DNA of 56,212 nucleotides from a virus (lineage: Duplodnaviria; Caudoviricetes): positions 1-56,212 of the IMG/VR virus record IMGVR_UViG_3300050343_000186. One strand, 5' to 3'. The position numbers and the translations under genes are program-made. Below the pieces are notes generated by a model. The model worked only from the letters and a program-made list of their open reading frames with translations, was not told where the DNA came from and did no database searches. Below, one piece after another: positions 34,001 to 44,963 of the stretch (its first letter is position 1; each line of letters starts with the position of its first letter).

Positions 34001-37000
34001 TCAGACATAGAGACCATTGATTTGTTAAATACAATGGCTACCCGGGTTAAAGAGGGAGAGGCTATAACTGAAGAGGAAACTAAACCGCTTACTGATAGAG
34101 ACGTTGAAGAGAAAGTTTCTGATAAAAGAAAAGAACGTCAGCAAAAAATAGATGCAACTCAAGTTAGAGCTAAATATAGACCCGGAAAAAGAATATCTCC
34201 ACAAAAAGATTGGTATCAAAATTTAAGGTTGGCTGAACTTACGTTAATTGCATACAAGGATAATCCTGCAATGACTCAAGATATGGTTGACTTCCAACAG
34301 AAAGTTTCCGATACGGGACTAGATGGACCTACAGGTGCTAGAAAAAGGTATAAAAAAAGCAGAACAAAGAAAAACAAAGAAGCGTTACAAAAAAAATTAT
34401 CTCAAATACAAAAAGTGCAAGGTGTATTAACATCTTTAATAGGAACTAAAATAAAGGATGCGAACCCTGCTTATCAATCTTACTATATTAGATTGTATAC
34501 AGAATTAAATGTAACAAAAGATTACAATATACTTAGACCTGATGGAGAAGTAATGCAAGTTGCAACTAAAAAAGATGGGACTAAATCTAAAGTAGCTTGG
34601 GGTTCTTATGTTGAAATAGGTAAAGGCGTATCTATATACAATGATGGTAGTCAAGAAAACATAACTAAAACTCTTGGCGAAATGCACAAAATAAGAAACT
34701 TCTATAATAACATTATAGACCCTATGAGTGAGGATGGTGACGTTACTATAGATACTCACGCTGTTGCTGCAGGTTTATTGAAGCCATTATCAGGTAATTC
34801 AAGAGAGGTTAAAAATAATTTTGGTTTAGACACAAGTAACTCAGGAGCAAAAGGAGTAAAGGGAGTATATTATGCGTATTCTGATGCATATGCGTTAGCA
34901 GCAGAAGAATTAGGGTTACTACCTAGACAAGTTCAAAGTATAACTTGGGAGGCTGTTAGAGGATTATATACAGATTCTTTTAAAAGAGACAGTAAAAAAG
35001 TAAAATCAATTAACGATATTTGGGAAAGATATCGAAAAGGAAAAATAACTATAAATGAAGCAAGAAATGAAGCAATTGAAAAAGGAGAAGGAATTAACGA
35101 CCCAACTTGGGCAGAATCCGTTTCTGCAAGGATTGAAGGAACTGTTGAAGATATCAGAGGAAGAGGCGTTAGAGCTGACGGAGATATTGTCGGGGGGGAT
35201 AGAGGAAGGAGAGTAACTCGTGAGCAGAGGTTAGAAGATTCTAAGACTCCGGGAGAACGAATAACTACTACGGCAAAGGAAATTTTATTCAAGGGAATGC
35301 AGCCTAAAACAAAGGAGGGCAAACCATTCTCGGTACACACTATTAAGAAAGGGTCGTTTGCTGCTGTTGATAAGGCTCTAGCGAGCGATTACAAGGGAGA
35401 TAAGCCACTAAAACAATTCACTATACCTGAAGGTACTACTGTTGACGTAGTAAAGGTTGGAGAGACTAACCAAGGTGTAACAAAGGTTAGGAGATTAGAG
35501 GAAGAGTTGATTGACAATTCAGATGCTCAGATTGTAAAACTAATCACGCAAGATACGAGAGGGTATTCAGAGCAATACATTATAAAGGATGATAGTATAC
35601 TAGAGTCCGGGGTAGATGTTGTAGAAGAAATTACAAAAACCATTAAGCAAAAAGATGAAAGAAAAGAAAAAATCGCAGAAGGAAACAAACTATTCAACAA
35701 AAAACAGCTACAGGACGCTACAAAAATTGCGAATAGAATTAGCGAAAGAACAGGAATTGATTACAAGGATGCTGAAAGAATATCAAAGTTAGATAAGGAA
35801 AGAGCAAAAAAGATTTCTGATGCATATGAAAAAGCAAAATCAGAACCTGAAAAAAGAGAGGTAAAGGAGGCTTATTCTGCATTAATAGACGAAACCATAT
35901 TGCAATACGAAGAGATATTGTTAGATGGATACACCGTTGAGGTAAGTAATGATGAGTACTTAAACTCAGGAGAAATGATAGATGATTTGATAGAAAACAA
36001 GAATATGAGAATATTTTCTACCGAATCAGGTTTTGGTGCAGAAGGTATAACAGATGCAGCACGTAAATCCAATCCTATGCTAAAGAAAACTAAATTCAAA
36101 GATAAAAACGGAGTTCCATTATTAGTGAATGATGTTTTTAGGTTTGTACACGACTTCTTTGGTCACGCAAAAATGGGTAATGGTTTTGGACCGTTAGGTG
36201 AGGAAAATGCTTGGAATGTTCATTCAAGAATGTACTCTCCTCTTGCAAGAAGAGCAATGACTACAGAGACTAGAGGTCAGAACTCTTGGGTTAATTTCTC
36301 AGGAATAAATGAAAATGCTTTTAAGGTTAGGGATGAGGCTAGAGCATTAAGGAAAAAAGCACAATCTTCTGATAATAAAAAGGATGCTATTGCTTTACTT
36401 AGGGAAGCTGAAAGAAAAATAAATGAAGTCTATGATATGATGAGTTTTGCTGAGCAGAAAGTGGCTTTATTATCTGAAGAATTTACAAAAACAGACGATG
36501 AAATATCTACAGAAACTGAAACCACTCGTGCTGTTCGTGAGCAGAAGGATGACGAAATCCCTGAGAAAACTAAAAATAGAATAACAAAATTAGCAGACAG
36601 GCTAAAAAAGAAGTTCAATAAAGATACAGACCCTAATATAATACTTGAAGATGTACTAAATAATTTACAGAGATTAGATAAGTGGTATGAGACAGCAAAT
36701 GATACTCAGAGAGAGAATGCTGTAAGATTTGCAAGAAAATACCTTAAGTTTAAAGAAAAAACCATCCCTAAAATTGTTGACTATAAAGGGAAGGTTAGAA
36801 AAATATTTAATCTAATTACCGACATAAACAAAATAGATTTAAAGGAGCAGATAGACATAGCTAAGAGCTTAAAGCAAAGAGCTAAGCTGACTGCGAAAGA
36901 AAAGAAGGTATTAGATGATAGTTTGAACGAGACCTTAAAAGAATTAGAAGGTCAAGGAAAACTAACAACAAATCAAGTAAAAGCTGTATTTAGAAAGTTT

Positions 37001-40000
37001 CAGAATGTTGATGTATTTTCTACATCTCAGGTTGAGTCTTTCGTTGATTATATGACAAAGGTATTTGCAGATGCAGACTATCTTGCGAAGATAAGAGATG
37101 CCGATTCAAAGCTACCTAAAGCAAGAAATAATATTAAGAAAGGGAAAACAGGGATTAACGAGGTAGGTCCTTTACTGAGTAAATTATTTAGAATTAACCC
37201 TAGATTAATACCATCTCAGTTTTTAGATAAATACTTAGATATAGTAGATACACTTTCTAAACGAAAGAAAGAACTTGAGTTAGATTTAGAATCAATAACT
37301 AAAAATACTGAAGAGATTCTTAACTATATGGATTCTGAATTTAGTAAAGTAAATTGGTTAGCTAGTGGTTTTGAAGACTATGTTGCTGAAAATAAATCAA
37401 AAGTTAAAGGAAAGTCTTTTACAGAGATAGTTTCTCTTATGAAAGAAGATGGTGTTATAGATGATAGCGATGCTGTTATTATGAAAAAATACCGTTCAAT
37501 AATAAGTCCAACTAAAAAAACTACGAAAACAGAAAAGGAAATACAGGAAGAAAAGGATGAGTTAATAGGAAGTATAAAAGAAAACTCTAAGGAAAAGAAT
37601 CCAATATTTTCTACAAATGAAGAGTTAGCATTGGCTAAACAACTAAAAGAGTTAATTAACACTAAGGGTATAGAAGAGTTGTCTGTAAATGAGTTAAAAA
37701 CACTACTACAGGTAATTAATAATATAAACCAAGGTCTTGTTACAAATAACGCTAGTGAGCTTAGAATAAAATTAGATTCTTTAAAGAACTCTAGTCCTGT
37801 AAAAAATCATTATTCAATGCTACTGTTGGTGCGATTGAAAAACGATACAATAAAGTAAAGTCATTCCTTATAAAGGGTAAGAAGAATTACATTCAAAAAA
37901 CACTTGAATCTAATCCGTTATATTACATAGACCAAGTATTCGGAGATGGTAAAACTAAAGATTTATTTAATTCTCTAATTAGAGGTATGGCTGAAGGTGA
38001 GCAAAACTTTAATTATGATATAAGAAAGATTTATAAAAAACTTGATGATGCTAGTAGATGCTGTAAGAAAATCTTTTAAAGGAAGTAGAAATAAGTTAAT
38101 TGAGTCATCAGCTAAACAATTTTTCTATATGTTGGAGCTAGAGTATAATTCCAATAAGGATAAAACAAAGGTAAAAAGAGCATCAGAGTACCTTGAAGAA
38201 ACAATAAATTTAGCAAAGGTGAATAAAAGAGACATAGATATGCTTGAAAAAATAAAAGAAGCATATGTTGTTGATGGAATAGTTGATATGGATAAACTTT
38301 ACAGCTCGTTTAATAGTGCTGAGAAAAAATCCATAAAAGTTGCTCAAGAAATAAATCAATCTCTTGCTCCAAAAGCATTGTTATTGCAGGGGTTATAAGA
38401 GGTCAAAAAATAAATCTACTTAATAACTATGTTCACCACGTTGTTGTAAATGATAAATTTGATGGAGAAGTTATTGACGATTCACACGAGTTAATGAAGT
38501 CAATGAATGAAAGTTTAAAACCTTCAACTAAAGCTAAGCCAGTAATCGAAAGACAAAATGTTGTTACTGCTTTAAACTTTGACATATATAACTCAGTAAA
38601 GCGAGGCTCTAAAAGCACTCTTTTAGATTTTCATTTAACAGCACCCATAAAGACTTCAAGAGCTACATTAAAAGAAACAAAAAAAGCATTAGAGAAGGAT
38701 GGCTCTTATAAAAGTAAAAAAGATATATATGAAGGTTTAGATTCCCTTATGGAAAGCACAATATCTAATTTTATATATAACTCTGTTGCATCTTCAGGAG
38801 ATATGATTGGAGAAAAAGTGCTTGCAAGAATAGCTAAGATAGGATATCAAAGGGTATTAGCCGATACAGGAAGAATGACTAGAGAGTTAATATCTAATAT
38901 GTCCTTTATATTAAATAGAGGAAGAGAAGAATATTATGAAGGTCTAAAGTATCGTGGTGTTTCTTCTGAGACAACTGCTCAAGCTATGAGAAACCTTGGT
39001 TCTTTGCAGACAGGAAGATTATTTAGCGATTTAGGTATAAAATCTAGATTTTCAGAAAAACTTTTTGAAGACAAACTAGGAGTAAGAGGGAAAAGAAAAT
39101 AAAAGTAAAATTATGGATACGTTAGGTATTATAAATTACTATTCTCTAAACCCTCTTGTTAGGGGAGTGGATACACTAGCTGATGGCATCATATCTAAAC
39201 CTGACCAAATAATGAGTAGACCACTTTGGAAAGGTGCTTTTGCATCTACTTTTAAGCAGGAGACAGGGGAGTCTTTCCCGGAAGATGGATTTGAAAGGAT
39301 TGCTGCTAATGACCAAGCGTTTATGTCAAAACATAAAAATGCACTTGAGGTTGCGACCAAAAAAGCAGATGACATAAGTATAGAGGCTGCTGCTTCTAGT
39401 GGTTTATTTACAGGAATATCTAGAGGTAAAGATGCTTCAAGAAAAAGAGATATAGGGATGTTTTTTGCTAACTTCAACAATTATATGTCTACATTTTTAA
39501 ATTATGAATATCAGTCTTTTCGTAAAGGATTAATGGCAGCAAGAGGAAATGGAATGATTTCTGAAAAAGAAGGTAGGCAGCTTATGGCAGCAGTTTCAAC
39601 TAGAATGTTTATGTATACTTTTTTATCTTCTGTAATAACAAAAGGGCTTCTTGGTACATTAAGGAGTATTCTTGGATATGCAGAGGGGGAAGAAGAAGAA
39701 GATAAAAACTTACTTAAAGAAGGAGCTAAGAGTGTAATTCAAACATTTATTGGTTTATTTTTAGGTAGAAATTTTGGAAACTTAATGAAGGGTATTCAGA
39801 ATACTATAATAGAAGGTGTTAATGAAAAGTATTTAGATTTTTTAAGAGATGGAGAATATGATAAATATAAAGATTCACTAGGGTATCCATTAGCACCAAA
39901 AAAGAAAGATTACGAAGATGCAAAAATAGCAGATTATATATATACTTTTTCAGGACCTTACGGTAAAGCATTAGAATTAGGAGATAAAACACTTAAGGTA

Positions 40001-40196
40001 GCAGGATGATATTTTAGACCCTAGTAAAAAAGCAGATGCTAAGAAAAGAGAAAAACAACGACTAAAAAGATTTGTATTTTTTGAGATTCCTGCTTTCTTT
40101 GGATATGCTCCGTTTGCTAGAGAAATAGAAAAAGAGTTGAATAGTTTTATGTATAAAGACTTCAGAAAAGGCGGTAAGTCAAGTGGATTGATGTAG
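31020..40196 (+). CDS. Giant polyvalent ejection protein (~3000 aa if fragments are joined)
   Basis: Contiguous fragments 31020-32276, 32261-37858, 38042-38398, 38494-39102, 39113-40009; contains HEAFH zincin, VTIDTHA glycosylase-like, ART-like and HDFFGH modules; joins and end are inferred. Confidence 0.7.
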
Positions 40197-40269
40197 GAAC
40201 TGAGGCTGAAGAGTTAAGCATTTAAACGTAGACCCTGAAGGGTATAAAGAAGATTTACGGAAAATAATT

Positions 40270-40428
40270 ATGCCATTTAAAAGCGAAGCACAGAGACGAT
40301 ATATGCATAAGAACCTCCCTGAGATTGCAGCGAGGTGGGAGAAGGAATACGGCTCAGGTAAACTGCCTGCTAGAGTAAAGCCAAAGAAGATGAAGAACAT
40401 CTTCAACCTAAAAAAGTTACAAGATTAA
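40270..40428 (+). CDS. Small conserved phage protein (MPFKS family, 52 aa)
   Basis: MPFKSEAQRRYMHKNLPEIAARWEKE read manually. Confidence 0.6.
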   Translation: MPFKSEAQRRYMHKNLPEIAARWEKEYGSGKLPARVKPKKMKNIFNLKKLQD

Positions 40429-40502
40429 CTTCAAGGCGAACAAAATTATAGCTGCATTAATTAGTATAGCTATAGCGAACTCTTCGTAGTTTGGTCCTTT
40501 GC

Positions 40503-40769
40503 TCATATGTTGTGGTCTAGTCTTATGAAGATTGGTGAACCCTCTCCTACATACGAACCGTGTATGTTATAGTAAAAATACTCTACGGCATCCTCATAGG
40601 GCATATCTTGTGCTATTATATCTATACACTTATCTATATCGTAAGATGCCACTAGATTGCCTCTGAAGTCGCAATAACCCATTAGAGCTTCTCCAAACCC
40701 TGTTACAATCATTGCATCAGAATCTCTGAGTACCTCTAGTGTTCTTAATTTATCATCGTATGTTGCCAT
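40503..40769 (-). CDS. Conserved hypothetical phage protein
   Basis: GFGEALMG...YDIDKCI...EDAVEYFYYN..GSYVGE.SPIF. Confidence 0.65.
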   Translation of the reverse strand: MATYDDKLRTLEVLRDSDAMIVTGFGEALMGYCDFRGNLVASYDIDKCIDIIAQDMPYEDAVEYFYYNIHGSYVGEGSPIFIRLDHNI

Positions 40770-41172
40770 TTTTTAATTCTTTTTGTTTATCGTAATATAC
40801 CATTATTTCTTGGTCATTTGCTGCACCGGGTCTTGGAGTTCTTCCACCGTACCTTACAGCTCCTTTTAACTTAGAAGGCTGACCGTATATGATGCCATCA
40901 TTGCAAGCCCATATAATAACTCCTTCTAGTTCTTTGTCTGCTAGTTTAACTAACTTTCTAGCAGCTATCGGTAGTGGATATGCATCTTTCATATCTCGTA
41001 TCCTACCTTTCACCTCAGCATAGCATATAGCATTACCGTCATTGTCAAATATCTTGTAGTCTATATCGTGTGGTCCTAGCTTGATTGCCGAACCATTGAA
41101 TACACTTAAGAATTTTTTTATTGCTTTGGACTCTCTATCCAAATCTTTTTTTGATTCAAATCTTTTTGTCAT
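40753..41172 (-). CDS. PD-(D/E)xK nuclease-like protein
   Basis: IDY...YAEVKGR catalytic-type motif. Confidence 0.6.
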   Translation of the reverse strand: MTKRFESKKDLDRESKAIKKFLSVFNGSAIKLGPHDIDYKIFDNDGNAICYAEVKGRIRDMKDAYPLPIAARKLVKLADKELEGVIIWACNDGIIYGQPSKLKGAVRYGGRTPRPGAANDQEIMVYYDKQKELKNGNIR

Positions 41173-41885
41173 AGCTCCATCATACAGTTAATCGCTGTAT
41201 GTCCACCGAATACTACGCCACATCCAATAGCTTGCTTCTTGAAGTTCTTAGCATACGCTGCTGCATATGATTTACTATCAACTCCGCAACCTACCTGCAT
41301 CCCGAATATCTTGAAGTTTTTACCTACACTCCATTCAGTATATGCCTGTGTATGAATATGACCTTGTACGGTTGACATCATATCATTCTTAGATTTAGTC
41401 CGGGCTGTTCCTCCTTCACCGTGAACGTATTGTACACCATCGTAGACAACCTGCTCAACCCAATTCCAATTTGTTCCAAGAACATCGTTATAATCTTTTA
41501 TCCAACGTGAAGGAATTTGAGAGTCAAATGCCTTACGCATTATTATTCTATCGTGGTTTCCAATACATACATCTGCTTTTGTAAACTCATCACGCCACTT
41601 TGAAATCTCATAAATAGCATAGTCGAGCTCATCTCCCCCACCCATACCATCCGGGTCAGTTGCGTGGAATGAAGAATAGTGGTTGTCAATAATGTCTCCA
41701 ATAAATATTACTTGATTGCAGTTATACTTTGCATAAGTTTCCTTACAAAAATCAAAATAACCATCAATAGTAAATGGAGCGTGAAGGTCACCTATAATAA
41801 GTATACGTTTTTCATTTTTGGTTAAATTTAGATAGGCGTCTTTCTTGTTGCCTTTTAGCCTTGGTCTAAAATCCTTATAATTCAT
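41169..41885 (-). CDS. Calcineurin-like metallophosphoesterase
   Basis: GDLH, GDIID, GNHD, YVHG, GHIH motifs. Confidence 0.9.
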   Translation of the reverse strand: MNYKDFRPRLKGNKKDAYLNLTKNEKRILIIGDLHAPFTIDGYFDFCKETYAKYNCNQVIFIGDIIDNHYSSFHATDPDGMGGGDELDYAIYEISKWRDEFTKADVCIGNHDRIIMRKAFDSQIPSRWIKDYNDVLGTNWNWVEQVVYDGVQYVHGEGGTARTKSKNDMMSTVQGHIHTQAYTEWSVGKNFKIFGMQVGCGVDSKSYAAAYAKNFKKQAIGCGVVFGGHTAINCMMEL

Positions 41886-42063
41886 CTGTAATCGATAATT
41901 GAATCTCTTTTAACTCCTCGATTAACTCTACAAGAACAACATTCAAATCATAAAAATCTCTATCAACTAGAAGTTCGTATATATCATCTACGTGTTCATT
42001 AATAACTCGCATCTTGTAATTAATGTGAGATAATCTTTCTCTCTCGTACGCAGATATTCTCAT
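41875..42063 (-). CDS. Hypothetical protein
   Basis: 62-aa ORF overlapping the phosphoesterase start. Confidence 0.55.
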   Translation of the reverse strand: MRISAYERERLSHINYKMRVINEHVDDIYELLVDRDFYDLNVVLVELIEELKEIQLSITDEL

Positions 42064-42306
42064 GTATACAAATACAAAAATATATTTTTTTTATGTATTT
42101 GTCAATTTTTTTACTATATAGGTGAATCTTCTTCTTCATCATACCAAACAAAACTATTTGATTGCTGAATGCTCATTAGTAGATATCTGTTCTTGCCTCC
42201 TGATTTAATTCTACTGAATATTTTATGTGGTAGATTTCTGTATTGAATAGTCTCTCCTACTGAGTATTTATATTTTTTCATCTTATAAATAAATTTTATT
42301 ATAGAA

Positions 42307-42561
42307 TTATTTTTCTACTTTTAATTCTCCAATCGGAAGCCCTAGGACTTCGTCATCTATTGAGTTTAATACTACGTTAAAGTTATGTACACTCCTCTGA
42401 TGTGCTTCGCTGCTCACATCTTCCATTTTCACCTGCACTTCCTCCGCAAATCTGTTAAGACCTCTCATAGACTTCTTGATTCCCTTCTCAGGGAGGTTAA
42501 TTTCATCCATAAGAGACAAGGCTCTGAGGGTTATTAAGTATAGTTCGTATTGTGGGCTCAT
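42307..42561 (-). CDS. Hypothetical protein
   Basis: 84-aa ORF, ATGA-coupled. Confidence 0.55.
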   Translation of the reverse strand: MSPQYELYLITLRALSLMDEINLPEKGIKKSMRGLNRFAEEVQVKMEDVSSEAHQRSVHNFNVVLNSIDDEVLGLPIGELKVEK

Positions 42562-42968
42562 TGTCTAAGTTCCAAAATTTTACCTTCAATCTTTAATGCT
42601 AAGTCTGTATCCATAGGCAGCGTTTTACGAATAAATTCAAGTACTAATTCTATTGGGTCTCTCTCAGCAGTATCTAGTATTAAAGCTATATCTTTATAGT
42701 CTTGCTGCATTTTCTTTTCAATAGCCAAAAGGTCATTTATCTTTCTCACTGCGTGGATGACCGTAGAGTGGTCTTTATGACCTATGAACCTTCCAATAGA
42801 TTTGAGGCTAGCGTCCTTCACTCTTTTCCTCGATATGTAGCAGTACATCTGACGAGGCTCTGCCAAGTATCTATATCTTCTTTGACTTAAGAAGTCTTTT
42901 TTATCTAGTTTGTAATACCGACAAACTGTATCGGCAATCTCCTCTAATTTAATGTCTTGGTTGTTCAT
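42558..42968 (-). CDS. DnaA domain-IV (Bac_DnaA_C)-like HTH protein
   Basis: PRQMYCY...SLKSIGRFIGHKDHSTVIHAVRKI signature. Confidence 0.85.
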   Translation of the reverse strand: MNNQDIKLEEIADTVCRYYKLDKKDFLSQRRYRYLAEPRQMYCYISRKRVKDASLKSIGRFIGHKDHSTVIHAVRKINDLLAIEKKMQQDYKDIALILDTAERDPIELVLEFIRKTLPMDTDLALKIEGKILELRQ

Positions 42969-43003
42969 ATTGTTTGTTTTTTTAGTGTTTTTATTTATCT
43001 TAT

Positions 43004-43243
43004 TTATCCTCTGTAAACTTCAGTTTTAAACCCAAAGTTGTTTAGTTCTTTTAGTCTATACTCTTGTAGCTTTGATAGCTTTCCTGTCTTAGTTTTTATT
43101 TCGCTAAAAATAACAGCAGCATCCGGACGAATAGCTAAAACATCGGGGATTCCGTTTTTATTTGTCTTAACTAATTTTAGAACATAATATCCTTGCTCTT
43201 CTAGTTCTTTTATCCTTTTACTTTGTATCTGCTGTTCGGTCAT
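43004..43243 (-). CDS. VRR-NUC nuclease
   Basis: EQQIQ...GIPD...FSEIKT..GKLSKLQ. Confidence 0.85.
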   Translation of the reverse strand: MTEQQIQSKRIKELEEQGYYVLKLVKTNKNGIPDVLAIRPDAAVIFSEIKTKTGKLSKLQEYRLKELNNFGFKTEVYRG

Positions 43244-43527
43244 TTCTTTGTCGATTTACCGTTCTGCCCGTTTCTAGCACGGTTACGACTTCGTTTTTCT
43301 TTAACTAATCGTCCACTCTTCGTATGACTCATATCCATACCATCTCCATTGCCATATGTACCTTCTTTCTTATTAGCAGCGTTTAGCCTAGAACGGTACT
43401 TCTTTCGTCTTTTGGTAGCATTGTATTTTTTATCGTATTCTCTTTTACGTTTGATTTGTTCATCAGACATACCCTTCTTATCATACGATGGGTGTTTCCC
43501 GGCACGAGAATTTCTTTTGCTTTTCAT
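43240..43527 (-). CDS. Basic protein with degenerate HNH-like motif
   Basis: GDGMDMSH...RNRARN; very Lys/Arg-rich. Confidence 0.5.
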   Translation of the reverse strand: MKSKRNSRAGKHPSYDKKGMSDEQIKRKREYDKKYNATKRRKKYRSRLNAANKKEGTYGNGDGMDMSHTKSGRLVKEKRSRNRARNGQNGKSTKK

Positions 43528-43529
43528 TT

Positions 43530-44963
43530 CTACAAATTTATCAAATCTTTCTTAAAGTGTTTTAATGTATAGTCCTTCTTATTAGATACAGCCTTATATA
43601 TCTTATCTTCAATACCACCTTTTGAAAATATCCAATACACGTCACTCTCTAATCTATCTTTAGTTGTCATTCTATCCCTGCTCTGCCAATAACTTGTAGC
43701 ACTAAAGTCTATATTGTAGTACACTAAAGCCTTGGCTTCTCTTAGACTTATACCTTCTCTACCTGACTGAATCTGTAGGGCTATGGTTTTATCTGTTGTA
43801 TTGAACTCATCTAACTCTGTGCATAGATTATCCCCGTAGACCTCTTTTAAAGCGTTGTACTCCTCTTTAAACTTGTAGAAGATACCAACCTTCACATCCC
43901 CAAAGTTATCGTGTATAAAGCCCGCTTTACTTAAGTCAAGTATTTTTGAGTTACCTGATTCAAACTTAACCGTTCCTGAGTATATCTGATGCAACTTAGT
44001 CATTAGCTTTACGCTAGTGTCTCCAAGTATTACTTCGTCCTTACCTTCAACTACCAAATCTTTTTTAAGTTTATTGGCTACTTTATATATAACATCATCC
44101 ATCTTCACATACAGCTTATGCTCACGGGTATTAACTTTGAAGCCCGCCTCTTTCTGTGAGTAGCTAATTGTATAGGGTTTCATTATATCAATGATACTCT
44201 GATTACCATTAGAATAATCTCTGATATTCAAACCATTTATCTTCTTCTCAATTACCCTAACATAATCATCACAAAACCTGTAAAAGTTTTTATATTTCTT
44301 AAATGGGTTGTTGGGTATACCATATACCTGATGATACATCTGACTGAATGATTCAGGAGTTGGTGTACCTGACATCAGTACCACATAAGGATTGTTTTTA
44401 GCTATCAGCTCACGCACCTGCTTAGAACGTTTACTTGGTTTAGGAAACGCACCCATACTATGTGACTCATCGCATATAATAAAGTCCCACATATCTTGTG
44501 GTAGCTTATGTATACTCTCGTAGTTCATAACCACTATTTTGTATTTAGGATTAAGCATTGCGTAGTCAGACTCGATTGTACTTATTGCCTTTTTTTTAGT
44601 CAAGAATAATACATTACCTACGCCCATCTGATTAGCTATGCCAAGACTTGTTAAAGTTTTTCCTGTACGGACTTCCATAGCTAAATATAAAAAACGTTTA
44701 TCTTTAAGAACACGTGCCCCCTTAGAGATGATAGTTCTTTGATAGTCTCTAAATTCAAACCCTCTATTTAAATGTCTATCCATACTCACTTCTTTTTTCA
44801 TTTTCACATTTAACAGCTTCCAATTAGTTCTATCCTTGTGAAGTATTTTTTTTCGGTTCATTAATCGAGAAAATAATACGTCCTTTTCATCCATATCCCC
44901 AAAAACAGTATCGCTTATTACTCTTCTGCCTTTTGATGCATATACCTCTATTAGTCCTTTCAT
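43530..44963 (-). CDS. SF2 (SNF2-like) helicase
   Basis: RDYQ, RTGKT, DESH, SGTP, GREGISL, QSRDR motifs. Confidence 0.9.
   Translation of the reverse strand: MKGLIEVYASKGRRVISDTVFGDMDEKDVLFSRLMNRKKILHKDRTNWKLLNVKMKKEVSMDRHLNRGFEFRDYQRTIISKGARVLKDKRFLYLAMEVRTGKTLTSLGIANQMGVGNVLFLTKKKAISTIESDYAMLNPKYKIVVMNYESIHKLPQDMWDFIICDESHSMGAFPKPSKRSKQVRELIAKNNPYVVLMSGTPTPESFSQMYHQVYGIPNNPFKKYKNFYRFCDDYVRVIEKKINGLNIRDYSNGNQSIIDIMKPYTISYSQKEAGFKVNTREHKLYVKMDDVIYKVANKLKKDLVVEGKDEVILGDTSVKLMTKLHQIYSGTVKFESGNSKILDLSKAGFIHDNFGDVKVGIFYKFKEEYNALKEVYGDNLCTELDEFNTTDKTIALQIQSGREGISLREAKALVYYNIDFSATSYWQSRDRMTTKDRLESDVYWIFSKGGIEDKIYKAVSNKKDYTLKHFKKDLINL

Noticed and set aside
32261-37858. Virion RNA polymerase as in crAss-like or N4 phages
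   Set aside because: No DxDxD (DFDID) or T7-type catalytic motifs seen in the translated giant protein
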